Origin: Macrostomum lignano | Lineage: Eukaryota | Assembly (NCBI GenBank): GCA_002269645.1 | Contig: NIVC01000413.1 | Span: 310,001-374,000 of the forward strand | Direction: 5' to 3' | Length of the DNA stretch: 64,000 bases | Shown here: one piece after another, positions 12,251 through 26,200 of the stretch | How positions within the stretch are numbered: position 1 is the stretch's first letter | How the letters are laid out: every line of letters begins with the position of its first letter | The notes under the pieces: model-generated | Databases searched by the model: none | What the model was told of the DNA's origin: nothing | What the model saw: the letters and a program-made list of their open reading frames with translations, nothing else | Program-made: the position numbers and the translations under genes

Positions 12251-13835
12251 GGGGTGCTTTCACAAGGTCGAAGTTTCACAACGTCGAAAAGCAAATTATT
12301 GCACAAGGTCGAAATTTCACAAGGTCGAAATTTCACATCGAAAACTCTAGCAGAAAACTTCATAAGGTCGAAATTTCACAAGGTCGAAATTTCAGAACAT
12401 CGAAAACTCAAATAGCAGCCACTTTCACAAGGTCGAAATTTCACAAGGTCGAAATTTCAGAACATCGAAAACTCTAGCAGAAGACTGCATAAGGTCGAAA
12501 TTTCATAACATCAAAACTCAAATAGCAGCCACTTTCATAAGGTCGAAATTTCACAAGGTCGAAATTTCACAACATCGAAAACTCGAAAAGCAGCCACTTT
12601 CACAAGGTCGAAATTTCAGAACATCGAAACTCAAAAAGCAGCCACTTTCATAAGGTCGAAATTTCAAAACATCGAAAACTCGAAAAGCAGCCACTTTCAT
12701 AAGGTCGAAATTTCACAAGGTCGAAATTTCATAACATCGAAACTCAAATAGCAGCCACTTTCAGAAGGTCGAAGTTTCACAAGGTCGAAATTTCACAACA
12801 TCGAAAACTCGAAAAGCAGCCACTTTCATAAGATCGAAATTTCATAACATCGAAACTCAAATAGCAGCCACTTTCACAAGGTCGAAATTTCCCAAGGTCA
12901 AAATTTTACAACATCGAAACTCAAATAGCAGCCACTTTTACACGTCGAAATTTCCCAAGGTCGAAATTTCATAACATCGAAACTCAAATCGCAGCCACTT
13001 TTACACGTCGAAATTTCCCAAGGTCGAAATTTCATAACATCGAAACTCAAATAGCAGCCACTTTTACACGTCGAAATTTCCCAAGGTCGAAATTTCATAA
13101 CATCGAAACTCAAATAGCAGCCACTTTTACACGTCGAAATTTCCCAAGGTCGAAATTTCACAACATCGAAACTCAAATAGCAGCCACTTTCACAAGGTCG
13201 AAATTTCAAAGCATCGAAAACGCTAGCAAGGTACTTTATAAAGTTGAAATTTCACATGAAAACTCTACAGCACTCACTATACTCCATATGACAAGATCGA
13301 GTAGTGCTGTTTTCTCATAAACAGTGTCTCTACCATAGCAGGTATTTCAAATACATTACGAAATTGAAATACAACTCCAAGCTATTGATACTTTGAAGCA
13401 TGTTAGCCTCCTCTCCAATACTGGAAATGTGAATCATAAATTCTTTCAAGTCTATATATAAAATACAAATATCGATAACTTTTAAATTTGGGTTTCCGAC
13501 TTTAATTTGGATTTGACCGGCAGGGAATTTCGCTTGACTTACTGTTGACACAATATACGTTTTGTATCTGTATTCGCTTAATAAGTAAAGGAAAGTAAGG
13601 TGGTTTGTTCCATGTACTATGTAGGAGCTGCTCAGCTGTGCAGATTTTAGCTACACCGTGCGTGTGGGGTGCGTAGTGCGTACCTCACAAAGTCGCAAGT
13701 CGCTTAGGTGCGTTTGCTATCAAGTTTGGCCGTGTAGTGAAAGTTGGAGTTTGAAACCCCCGCCCTGTTATGTAAAAAACTACAAACAACTCGCCGTGTT
13801 ACAATATCCTAGCTGTAGTAAAAACATGTACATGT
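12251..13835 (+). repeat. Left TIR: outer tandem domain (AAGGTCGAAATTTCAC motifs, 63-bp units) and inner unique domain ~13210-13835
   Basis: Visible tandem repeats. The 21-aa periodic ORF 12898-13209 gives the 63-bp period. Confidence 0.9.
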
Positions 13836-14299
13836 ATATAGCATGCGTTTTCTTACATGTAATTACATGTATTTTTATGTATAGTATTTTTATAATATAA
13901 TTAATAATTTTAGGGTTCAATCAATTAAGGCTTAAGACGAAAATCAGCACAATATCCAGAAACTTTAAAAACAAGAGAATATTTTTTGGCATGTTTTATA
14001 TTTTTTATCAACCGAAGGCAACCGTTAAAGCAAAGACCTCAGTAAGACACTGTTAGGTATATAGACAAATAAGTAAGTTTTTTAGCCAAAATGATTATTA
14101 CAGCCTGTCTATCGATTCATATATACTGTATAACTGTCTAATTGTACCCATTCATCTACCAATTTATTTTTCCATCTAATATTAATATTTATTCTTTATT
14201 GTTGCTAAAGTGATAATATTAAAATCAAAGCAGATTACCTTTATCAATCTACCTATTCATCTGTCTATCTATGTATTAACCTTGACCAATCTATCAAGG

Positions 14300-14523
14300 A
14301 GTTAGGAGGCAAGGAGTATTTTGTGTGCCGCTATACTACTTGTGCTGCCAAAGCACAACTAGAAGGTGGAATTGTAATGACTAGTGGTCAGCACAACCAT
14401 GGTCCAGAGACTGATGAAAAATTAAATGTGATGTCTTTGAAGCAGAGGCTCTGCGATTCTGCCATCAGTCAACCATCAAAGCGGCTTCGCACATTGTTTC
14501 GCACGACTTCGCAAAGGCACTAA
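14300..14523 (+). pseudogene. FLYWCH-type zinc-finger fragment (Mutator-like transposase N-terminus)
   Basis: YFVCRYTTCAAKAQLEGGIVMTSGQHNHGPETDEKLNVMSLKQRL fits C-x4-C...HNH followed by LK.R. It lies just inside the left TIR. No catalytic MULE domain is seen. Confidence 0.6.
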
Positions 14524-14589
14524 CCGTGTGCGAATATTTGAGTATTAAGTCTTGTAATGTAACTCTTGTCTATTCTTAAGTCTTAACTA

Positions 14590-14730
14590 ATGTATTAACT
14601 AATTATATAATAATATTATTATTATATATATTATTATTATATATTATATAATATTATTATTATATAATAATTTAATATAATCTAATAATATTTATTATAT
14701 ATTTAATATATATTTAATATATATTTAACA
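14590..14730. repeat. AT-only low-complexity tract
   Basis: (TA/TTA)n composition. Confidence 0.9.
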
Positions 14731-15019
14731 AGCTGTTGAAACCCGCGGATTTTGAACCCGGGGAATTTCAATCCCCGGAACTACTTTTGCATGTATTCTG
14801 AAATCTAAGGTCATACACAAACAAAAACTTGTTAATAGTTAGTAGGATAGAGGTAGACATAAAATGGAGTACATTCGTGTAAAATTAGGATTTGAGGCAA
14901 ACATTGATATTGTTGGCTGGGGTACTGCACAGAATGTCAGGCAATGTCTGTCTGACTCTAAAACATGTATTGGCAAACTCTGGCCTCTCCCTGACTCTCC
15001 CTATGTCCCTTGGATCCTT

Positions 15020-16550
15020 TAAAATTTCTATCGTCTCTTCTGTTTCCTCTCTTCTCTCTCGTCCCTCGTCTCTCCTCTCTCTTCTCTCCTCTCTCCTCTC
15101 TTCTCTCATATCTTCCCTCATCTCTCTTTTCTTTCATCTCTCTTATCTCTTGTCTCTTCTCTCTTCTCTCCTCTCTCCTGTCTCCTCTACTTTTCGTTTT
15201 CTCTCTCCTCTCCTCTCTCCTCTCTACTCTTTCGTTTTCTCTTTCCTCTCCTCTCTCCTATCTTCTTTCGTATCTTCCCTCATCTCTCTTCTCTTTCATA
15301 TCTCTTATCTCATCTCTTCCCTATTCTTTTCTCTCTCCCCTCCTCTCTCCTTTCTACTTTTCGTTTTCTCCCTCCTCTCCCCCTCTTCTCTCGTCTCTTC
15401 CTTGTCCTCTCTATTCTTTTCTCTCTTCTCTTAACTCTCTCCTCTACTCTCTCAGCTCTCCTCTCTACTCTTTCCTCTCTCTCTCTCTCCTCTCTCCCCT
15501 CTTCTCCTCTTCTCTCGTCTCTTCCCTCACCTCTTTCCTCTCTCTCTTTCCTCTCATCTCTTTTCTTGTTTTATCTCTTCTCTCTCCCCTCGTCGCTCGT
15601 CTCTTCCCTCTCCTCTCTTCTCTCTCGTCTGCTCTTTCATCTCTCCTTTCTCTTCTTTTATCTTTTCTCTCTTATATCTTCTCGTTTCTCTCTGCTCTGC
15701 GCTCTCTCTCTCTCTCTCTCTCTCCTCTCTCCTCTCCCATCTCTCTTCTCCTCTCTACTCTTTCCACTCTTCATTCTCCTATTTCCTCTTCTCTCTCCCT
15801 GTCTCTCCTCTCTCCTCTAGTTTCTGTAATCTCTTCTCTCTTATCTCTCCTCTGTTCTCTCTACTCTCCCATCTCTCGTCTGTTCACCCTCATCTCTGCT
15901 CTCTCATCTGTCATCTTTACTCTCTAATACGTTCTCTCACTTATCTCCTCTGTACTCTTCTCTTTCACCTCTTCTGACTCCTCTCTTTCCTTACTCCTCT
16001 CTTCTTTTCTCTTCCCTCTTCTATACTCTCTCTCCTCTAATATCTTCTCTCGTCTCTCTGCACTCTCCTCTCACCTTTTTCATCTCTCATCTTTACTCTT
16101 TCATCTCTCCTTTCATTTGTCTCATCTCTACAATCTCATCTCTCCTTTCTCCCCTCTTCTTACACCCCTCTCTTATCTCTATCTCTTCTCTTCTCACTCC
16201 TCTCTCCCCCTCTTATCTCCTCTCTTCTCCATCCTTTCTACTCTCTCCTCTCCTCTTGACCCTCTGTCATCTTCTTTCTGCTCTCTCATCTCTACTCTCT
16301 TCTCACTCTTCTTTACTCTCCTCTCATCGATCCTCTGTCTCATCTCTCCCCTCTTCTCACCTTTACTCTTCCTCTCTACACCTCCTCTCCCTCCTTTCTC
16401 CCCTCCTCTCGCTTCTTCCTCCCTTCTTCTCTGCCCTCTCCTCACCACTTGTCTCTCCTCTTATCTTCCATGTTTTCTCTTATCCCCTCTCGCCTCTCCT
16501 CTCTTCTAATAGTCTATTCCTTCTCCTTTCCTCTCTCATCTGGCCCGCAC
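15020..16550. repeat. CT-rich cryptic microsatellite (polypyrimidine on + strand)
   Basis: Composition is almost entirely C/T. The long Leu/Ser ORFs here are compositional artefacts. Confidence 0.95.
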
Positions 16551-17299
16551 ATAAGCTGGATTCTTTATCTGGCTTTTGAAGTAAAAGTCTGCCGATCCCT
16601 GCTTCGAAAGCCAGTTTGTGGGACGTACTACTCTCATCGTTATTCTCATGCTTTGATCACGTCATCTTTCTTGCCAATTTGCAGCCCTGAAAGGAATTTG
16701 TGTATCTTCAGCTCCACTGCAGTCTGCATCAGTCTAACAACCAAGGAAATACGCATTTCTTAGGAGGCCATTTAAAATTTACACAGTACCTTTAAAAGAA
16801 ACCTAAAATTTCCATGGTGTGCCTAATTTAGCAGGGTTGTATTGCATTGCATCGCATCGCCTTTTCATAAATATTTCGCTTTTACAAACCATGCTGGATT
16901 GCCTCGATTTGCCAATTGCCATCCACTGTTAAACTGCTGCAGAGTTTGCCAATACAGAGGGGAGGGCAGTGGTTAGAATTTCTCACTAAACTGTTATGGC
17001 TAAACGTAGCCTCTCCACTCTCGGGGTGCAGAGAAGGCTATTAAAAAGTTATTCCAAAACACTGTACACTCGCTATGTACATTGAGCCCTATTGCCTGAC
17101 CCTTCGTATGGCTCTGGGGGAATGAGTGAGTGAGTGGCACAAACAACAGAAAAAGCAGACAAACTTCACATGCTTACAGTTTCTGCTCTGATTTAGTTAG
17201 AGAGTTGAAACTTTACATTTAGACAGAGAATGAATCAAAGAAGAATTGTGTTAAGTTAGAAGTCAATCGCTTCACGTGGAGCAAACTTATGGCAGCCGA

Positions 17300-20200
17300 A
17301 AGTTAGTCATTTTAAAGCCCATTTACACCCTTTGCCCAGATCGGGAAAGAGGCAGGCGGGCGGAGGTTGGGGTGGCTGTCTCGCTGAAAAAAACAGCCTA
17401 ACTTTAAAAGTGCACAGCGCCGTTCAGGATTAACATTGAGACTCGAAATTTTACACGATTGTGTCAAAATAGTTGAAAATTGATTGTGTCAAATTTGAAG
17501 AGGATCGGTAGAAGTGGAGCGGCGCTAAGGAGGCTTTAGTAAAAAAAATCGCGCATTTTGAGCAGTTTTTTGCACTTTTAGGTAGGAAGACTTGAGTCTA
17601 GGAAATTAAAAGGTAGCCTAAGACATTCTCCGTAGTAAGTTTAGGGTGAGTGTAAAGTTTGGTGTAATTTGGTTAAGCGGTTTGGGAGTCCATAGCGATC
17701 AAAATTGACCACACACAGACAGACACACAGACACACACACACAGAGTTTTGATTTTTATAGGTAGAGACGAGTGGAACTCCTCCTTCGGAGGAGAAAGGG
17801 GAAGAACTCCCATCACCGGAATTCCATTCCCTGAAATATCCATCAACTGAAATTCCATGTCTTGAACCCTATCTTCCAAATCGTCTCCAAATTCTTTACA
17901 AAATCTTTGAAAGACCATAGCTCAAAGACTCTCACGTCTCTCATATCTCCTCTCTCTTCTATTCGCTATTATCGTGACTCTCTTCTTTCTCCTCTCTCTC
18001 ATCTCATCTCTACCCCTACTCCCTTATTTATCTCTTCTCCCTCGTCTTTCGTTTGTACCCTCTCCTGTCTCTTGTCTCCTCTCTTCTCTCATATCTCTCC
18101 TCTTCACTTCTGTCTCCTGTCTCCTCTCTTCTCTCTTATCTCTCCTCTTCTCTCCTCTCTCATATGTCATCTCTCCTTACTTATCTATCGTCTCTCTTAA
18201 CCCTCTCTCTCTTCTCTTTTCTCTCCTATCTGCTTCTCATTTCTCATATCTCATATACGCTCTCACACTCTACTTTCTTGTCTCCATCTTTCTTTCCTCC
18301 TTACCACTATCCCCTGTCTCTTCTCTTCTCTCTTTTCTATCCTCTCCATTCTCTCTTCTCTCCTCTCCTTTCTCATTTCATCTTCTTCCCTCTCTTCTCT
18401 AATCTCTAATCTCTTCTCTCTTATGTTCTCACTCATCTCTTTTCTCATCGCATCTCTCATCTCTCCTCTCCTCACTACTTTCCTTCTGTTAACTCTCTTA
18501 TCTCTGATCTTTCATCTCTTTCCTCTCTCCTCTCTCTCTTCTCCTCTCGCTTCTCTCTCTCCTCTCTCTCCTCTCATCTATACTACCTTATTTATATCTT
18601 CTCCCTGGTCTTTCGTCTCTACTCTCTCCTGTCTCATTTCTCCCTCTCTTTCTCCTCTCTTCTCTCTCCCCTCCTCTCTCATCTCTCATCCCTCATCTCA
18701 CTCCTTCTTTCTTCTCTACTCTCCCCTCTTTTCTATTACCTCTGTACGCTCTTATCCCTCATCTCTATTCTCTCTCCTATCATCTCTCTTGTCTCCCTCT
18801 GCTATCTCATATCTCCCCTCTCGTCTCCTCTCTCCTCTTCTCTTCTCTCTCCTTCGTTCCCGCCTTACTCCCCTCTTCTCTCCCATCTGTCATGTCTAAT
18901 CTCTCGTCTCATTTCTACTCTGTTTTCTATCATCTCATCTCATCTCTCTTCTCTTTTCATTCTTCTCTTTACTCTCTTCTCTGACTGATTGAAGATGCCA
19001 AATCCATCAAGATCCTCTCCGCGAAGCAGAAAAATCCTGTCCGTGCGACTGAAAACCATCGAAATCCTCTCCGTGAAACTGGACTCCTTCGAAATCCTCT
19101 CCAGAAATCCTCTCATTTCTACTCTGTTTTCTTTCATCTCATCTCTCTTCTCTTTTCATTCTTCTCTTTACTCTCTTCTCTGACTGATTGAAGATGCCAA
19201 ATCGATCAAGATCCTCTCCGCGAAGCAGAAATCCTGTCCGTGCAACTGAAAACCATCGAAATCCTCTCCGTGAAACTGGACTCCTTCGAAATCCTCTCCT
19301 TGAAACATAAATTCATCAAAATCGTCTCCATAAAATAGAAATCAATCATAAATTATCTCCGCGAAACAGAAATCCTCTCCGTGAAGCTGAACATCGTCGA
19401 AATCCTCTCCGTGAAACTGAACACCATCGAAATCCTCTCCACGAAACAGAAATTCTCTCCGTCAAAATTAAAACATTGAAATCGTCTCCGCTAAACTGGA
19501 CTCAATCGAATTTTTTCCGTCAAACAACTCAACTCTCCGGATTCATTGGTTAGGGTTAGGGTTAGGGTTAGGGTTAGAACTGCGCACAGGTTCGTGTTAA
19601 AAGGCACTGATAAAAATATTGAACTAATTGAATCAATTCATTGCGCAACTGATTTCACAGTCAGTCAGTCAATCTAAATCAACCCTCCAATACACAGCAG
19701 CAGTGAGAAGTTGAACCCTCCCCCCAACTTTATCTATTACGTCTCGCAAAACTGATTACAATTTTTGCAAAAAGTTAAAAGTATGGGAATAATTTTTGCC
19801 AATGAAAAGCTTTTAGTTTTCATATATAAAGCAAACAACTTATATCCTCGAACTCTGCGTTGCAAGATCTTTCCAGCAATATAAGTTTCTCCTCTCAAAG
19901 TTTAAAACTCGAGGAACAGTTAGCGTTTGAAATTTACCGATTTCCCGACTGCTTGCTAGAGAAGCTCGCAATTCATTGAATTTCACTGCCAAGCTAATAC
20001 ACAGGGATGCCTATGGAGAAAAAAAGGCGCCAATAATAAAACCAATTGAATCCCGACACAGTCCTGATTCCTATCTATCTGTTTACACTGTACAACTGCT
20101 ATGTACACTCAGCCCAAGCCCAACCCCCCGTTCTGGGGGAAGCATTAAATTTAACTGAACCCCCCAACACGCGGGGGGGGGTTTATTTTCACTCGCACCC

Positions 20201-23200
20201 ACCACCCCTCAATACACAGCGGCCCGCGGGCGGAGGTTGGGGTGGCTATTTTTACAAACTGGCTGCAGCCCCAGGCAGAGTGGCAAAAGAAGGTTATTGG
20301 GGGTCAAAAAGGCAGTTTCCTGCTTTTTTGAGGATCTTAGAAATTAAAATTTCAGAATTAAAATAGCCTATAGCCGACCTCGGATAATTTCCAATCTTCC
20401 CATATAAGTTTCAACGCTGAGTTGCCACTATTCAAGGAGGAGTTGTCGAAATGACAGACAGACAGACAAACAACGCGTCAACTTTAGTATATGTACGAGT
20501 GGAACTCCTCCTTCGGAGGAGAAAGGGGAAGAACTCCCATCACCGGAATTCCATTCCCTGAATTATCCATCAACTGAAATTCCATGTCTTGAACCCCATC
20601 TTCCAAATCGTCTCCAAATTCTTTACAAACCTTTCAAAGACCATAGCTCAAAGACTCTTACGTCTCTCATATCTACTCTCTCCTCTCTTCGCTAATATCG
20701 TGACTCTCTTCTTTCTCCTCTCTCTCATCTCATCTCTACCCCTACTCTCTTATTTATCTCTACTCCCTTATTTATCTCTTCTCCCTCGTCTTTCGTCTGT
20801 ACCCTCTCCTGTCTACTCTCCTATCTTCTATCTTATCTCTCCCCTTTTCTCTCCTCTCTCATATCTCATCTCTACTTACTTATCTATTGTCTCCGCTCTA
20901 CTTTCTCTCTTCTCTCTGCTCTCATTTCTCGTATCTCTTATACGCTCTCACCCTCTCCTTTCTTATCTACCATCTTTCTTCCCTTTCTACTGCATCACCT
21001 GTCTCCTCTCCTCTCTTTTCTCTCCTCTCATCTCCCCTCATCTCTTCTCTAATCTCGAATCTCTCCTCTCTCATATCTCTTCTCTACTCACTTATCTATT
21101 CTCTCTCCTCTGCTCCCCTTTTACACTTTCGTATATGCTCTCACTCTCACCCTCCCCTTTCTTATCTCCTGTTTTTTACACTCCTTTCTACCACCTGTCT
21201 CCTCTCGTTTCTCTCCTCTCTGCACTCTCATCTTTACCCTCTTCTTTCTCCTCACTACTTTCTTCTCTTAAATCTCTGATCTCTGATCTTTCATCTCTCT
21301 CCTCTCACCTCTCACCTCTCTCCTCTCTTTCCTCTCTCCTATTGCCTCTGTACGCTCTTATCCCTGCTTTCTTTTCTCTCCTGTCTCCTCTCTGCTATCT
21401 CATGTCTCCTCTCTCATATCCTCTTCCTTCATCTCCTCTCTCCTCTTCTCTTCTCTCTCCTTCGTTCCCGCCTTACTCCCCTCTTCTCTCCCATCTGTCA
21501 TGTCTAATCTCTCCACTCATTTCTACTCTGTTTTCTACCATCTCATATCTCTCTCTTTTCATTCTTCTCTTTACTCTCTTCTCTGACTGATTTAAGATGC
21601 CAAATCCATCAAGATCCTCTCCGCGAAGCAGAAAAATCCTGTCCGTGCAACTGAAAACCATCGAAATCCTCTCCGTGAAACTGGACTCCTTCGAAATCCT
21701 CTCATTGAAACTTAAATCCATCAAAATCGTTTCCATAAAACATAAATCAATCATAAATTTAACTCCGCGAAACAGAAATCCTCTCCGTGAAGCTGAACAT
21801 CATCAAAATCCTCTCCGTGAAACTGAGCACCATCGAAATCCTCTCCACGAAACAGAAATCCTCTCCGTCAAAATTAAAACATTGAAATCGTCTCCGCTAA
21901 ACTGGACTCAATCAATTTTTTCCGTCAACAACTCAACTCTCCGGATTCATTGGTTAGGGTTAGGGTTAGGGTTAGAACTACGCACAGCTTCGTGTTAAAA
22001 GGCACTGATAAACTATTGAACTAATTGAATCAATTCATTGCGCAACCGATTTCACAGTCAGTCAGTATCAGTCTCAGTTAAAGTTATTAAAAACATTGCG
22101 CAATCTAATCAACCCTCCAATACAAAGCAACTGACCCCCTTCCTATACACAGCGCCAGTTAGAAGTCGAAACCCCCAACTTTATCTCTCACCTCTCGCCA
22201 AAATGAGTACAATCTTTGCAGAAAGTTTAAAGTATGGAAATAGTTTTTGCAATGCAGAGCTTTTAGTTTTCATATTTGAAGCAAACAATTTATATCCCTG
22301 AAATCAGCTTTGCAAGTTCTTTCCAGCAATATAAATTTTTTCTCTCAAAGTTAAAAACTCGAGCAACAGTTTGCGTTTGAAACTTTCTGATTTAAAGCAT
22401 TGAAATATCGATTGTACGTTCACTGCCTGCTAAAGAGGCCCGCAAGTTTATGCATTGAATTTCAAGGTTCAACAAAATCACAGGGCTGCCTATTGAAAAT
22501 TAGAACACAAATCTTTGCGCAATTGTCTACACAGTCAGCCAGTGAGCCAGGGTCCGATTGTACACAGGCAGCCATTTAGAACGCCCCATCCCCCCACTGG
22601 AGAGAAAATACACTGCAGAGATAGGGAAAAGTTGTGGCGCAATCACTTGAAATTCATGCAAATTTTCAGCTCCAAGCAGAAAGAGGGGACAATTAAGATT
22701 ATCAAAGGTCAAGACCGCCGTTTTCTGCTTTTTTGAGGATCTTAGAAATTAAAATTTCAGAATTAAAATAGCCTATAGCCGACCTCGGATAATTTCCAAT
22801 CTTCCCATATAAGTTTCAACGCTGAGTTGCCACTATTCAAGGAGGAGTTGTCGAAATGACACACATACAGACAGACAAACAACACGTCAACTTTAGTATA
22901 TGTAGACGAGTGGAACTCCTCCTTCGGAGGAGAAAGGGGAAGAACTCCCATCACCGGAATTCTATTCCCTGAAACATCCATCAACTGAAATTCCATGTCT
23001 TTAACCCTATCTTCTAAATCGTCTCCAAATTCTTTACAAAATCTTTCAAAGACCATAGCTCAAAGACTCTCAAGTCTCTCATATCTCCTCTCTCCTCTCT
23101 CTCATCTCATCTCTACCCCTGCTCCCTTATTTATCTCTTCTCCCTCGTCTTTCGTCTGTACCTTCTCCTGTCTTCTGTCTCCTCTCTTCACTCTTATCTC

Positions 23201-26200
23201 TCCCTCTTCTCTCCTCTCTCATTTGTCATCTCTACTCACTTATCTATCGTCTCTCTTAACCCTCTCTCTCTCTTCTCTTTTCTCTTCTCTCTGCTCTCAT
23301 TTCTAATATTTCATATACGCTCTGACACTACTTTCTTGTCTCCCATCTTTCTTCCTCCTTTTCACTATCCCCTGTCTCTTCTCTTCTCTCTTTTCTATTC
23401 TCTCCATTCTCTCTTTTCTCCTTTCCTTGCTCCTTTCATCTCTCTCCTCTCTCCTCACTCTCTTCTCCTTTCGCTTCTCTCTCCTCTCTCTCCTCTCATC
23501 TTTACTACCTTATTTATATCTTCTCCCTAGTCTTTCGTCTGTACTCTCTCCTGTCTCCTCTCTCCCCTCCTCTCTCATCCCTCATCTCCTTATCTCACTC
23601 TTTCTTTCTCCTCTACTCTCCCCTCTCTTCTATTGCCTCTGTACGCTCTTATCCCTCATCTATTCTCTCTCCTATCATCTCCAATCTGTCATGTCTAATC
23701 TCTCCACTCAATTATACTCTGTTTTCTATCATCTCATCTCTCTTCTCTTTTCATTTTTCTCTTTACTCTCTTCTCTGACTGATTGAAGATGCCAAATCCA
23801 TCAAGATCCTCTCCGCGAAGCAGAAATCCTGTCCGTGCAACTGAAAACCATCGAAATCCTCTCCGTGAAACTGGACTCCTTCGAAATCCTCTCCTTGAAA
23901 CTTAAATCCATCAAAATAGTCTCCATAAAACAGAAATCAATCATAAATTATCTCCGCGAAACAGAAATCCTCTCCGTGAAGCTGAACATCATCGAAATCC
24001 TCTCCGTGAAACTGAACACCATGGAATCCTTTCGTGAAACTGAACATCATCGAAATCCTCTCCACGAAACAGAAATCTTCTCCGTCAGAATTTAAACATT
24101 GAAATCGTCTCCGCTAAACTTGACTTAATCGAATTTTTTCCGTCAAACAACTCAACTCGCCAGATTCATTAGGGTTAGGGTTAGGGTTAGGGTTAGGGTT
24201 AGAACTACGCACAGCTTCGTGTTAAAAGGCACAGATAAAAATATTGAACTAATTGAATCAATTCATTGCGCAACCGATTTCACAGTCAGTCAGTATCAGC
24301 CTCAGGTAAAGTTAACAAAAACATTGCGCAATCTAAATCGACCCTCCAATACACAGCAGCAGTGAGAAGTTGAACCCTCCCCCAACAATCTTTGCAGATT
24401 AAAGTACAATCTTTGCAGAAAGTTAAAAGTATGGAAATAGTTTTTCAAATGCTGTGCTTTTTCTTTTCATATTTAAAGCAAACAACTTATATCCCCGAAC
24501 TCAGCGTTGCAAGATCTTGCCAGCAATATAAGTTTCTCCTCTCAAAGTTTAAAACTCGAGGAACAGTTAGCGTTTGAAACTGTCTGATTTATAGCATTGA
24601 AGTATCGAGTGTACGTTCACTGCCTGCTTGCAAGTTGATGCATTGAATTTCAATGTCCAACAAATACACAGGACTGCCCATTGAAAGGCAGGAAAACTTA
24701 TCAGTAGCCATATCATTGCGCAATTATCTATACAGTCAGCCAGTGAGCCAGGGTCCAAGTGTACACACGCAGCCACTGAGAACGCTCCCACCCCCCACTG
24801 GAAAGAAAATACACTACAGAGATAGGGAAAAGTTGTGGCGCAATCACTAAAAATTCATGCATTTTTCAGCTCCAAGCAGAAAGAGGGGACAATTAAGATT
24901 ATCAAAGGTCAAGATTCAAGTTTTCTGCTTTTTTGAGGATCTTAGAAATTAAAATTTCAGAATTAAAATAGCCTATAGCCGACCTCGGATAATTTCCAAT
25001 CTTCCCATATAAGTTTCAACGCTGAGTTGCCACTATTCAAGGAGGAGTTGTCGAAATGACACACACACAGACAGACAAACAACACGTCAACTTTAGTATA
25101 TACGAGTGGAACTCCTCCTCCGGAGGAGAAAGGGGAAGAACTCCCATCACCGGAATTCCATTCCCTGAAATCCATCAGCTGAAACTCCATGACTTGAATC
25201 CCATCTTCCAAATCGTCTCCAAATTCTTTACAAAACCTTTGAAAGACCATAGCTCAAAGACTCTCACGTCTCTCATATCTCCTCTCTCTTCTATTCGCTA
25301 TTATCGTGACTCTCTTCTCTCTCCTCTCTCTCATCTCATCTCTACCCCTACTCCCTTATTTATATCTTCTCCCTGGTCTTTCGTCTCTACTCTCTCCTGT
25401 CTCATTTCTCCCCTCTTTTCTCCTCTCTTCTCTCTCCCCTCTCCTCCCTCATCTCTCATTCTTCATCTCACTCTTTCTTTCTTCTCTACTCTCCCCTCTC
25501 TTCTATTTCCCCTGTACGCTCTTATCCCTCATCTCTATTCTCTCTCCTATCATCTCTCCAAATTCTTTACAAAACCTTTCAAAGACCATAGCTCAAAGAC
25601 TCTCACGTCTCTCATATCTCCTCTCTCATATCTCTTCCCTCATCTCACTCTTTCTTTCTCCTCTACTCTCCCCTCTCTTCTATTTCCTCTGTACGCTCTT
25701 ATCCGTCATCTATTCTCTTTCCTATTATCTCTCTTGTCTCCCTCTGCTATCTCATATCTCCCCTCTCATCTCCTCTCTCCTCTTCTCTTCTCTCTCCCTC
25801 TTCGTTTCCGCCTTACTCCCCTCTTCACTTCCATCGGTCATGTCTAATCTATCCACTCATTTCTACTCTGTTTTATACCATCTCATGTCTCTTCTCTTTT
25901 CGATCTTCTCTTTACTCTCTTTTATGACTGATTGAAGATGCCAAATCTATCAAGATCCTCTCCGCGAAGCAGAAATCCTCTCCGTGAAACTGAAAACCAT
26001 TGAAATCCTCTCCGCGAAACAGAAATCCTCTCCGTGAAACTGAAAACCATCGAAATTATCTCTTTAAAACTGGACTCAATCGAAATTTTCTCCGTCAAAA
26101 AAGAATAAAATATTAGGATTCATTGGTTAGGGTTATTGTTAGGGTTAGGGTTAGGGTTAGAGCTACACACAGCTGCGTGTTTAAATAAAAAATTGAGCCA

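Noticed and set aside
12260-13210. CRISPR-like regularly repeated motifs (also 52690-53600)
   Set aside because: Eukaryotic context, no unique spacers and no cas genes. They are TIR tandem repeats.
16550-16780. Coding-like island after the first CT tract (also ~14890-15010)
   Set aside because: Short, interrupted by stops and with no identifiable motif.
19140-19220. Hammerhead ribozyme or Penelope/Athena-type telomeric retroelement explanation for the units
   Set aside because: CTGATTGA does not match the CUGANGA core, and no reverse transcriptase is associated. The Helitron-type termini fit better.
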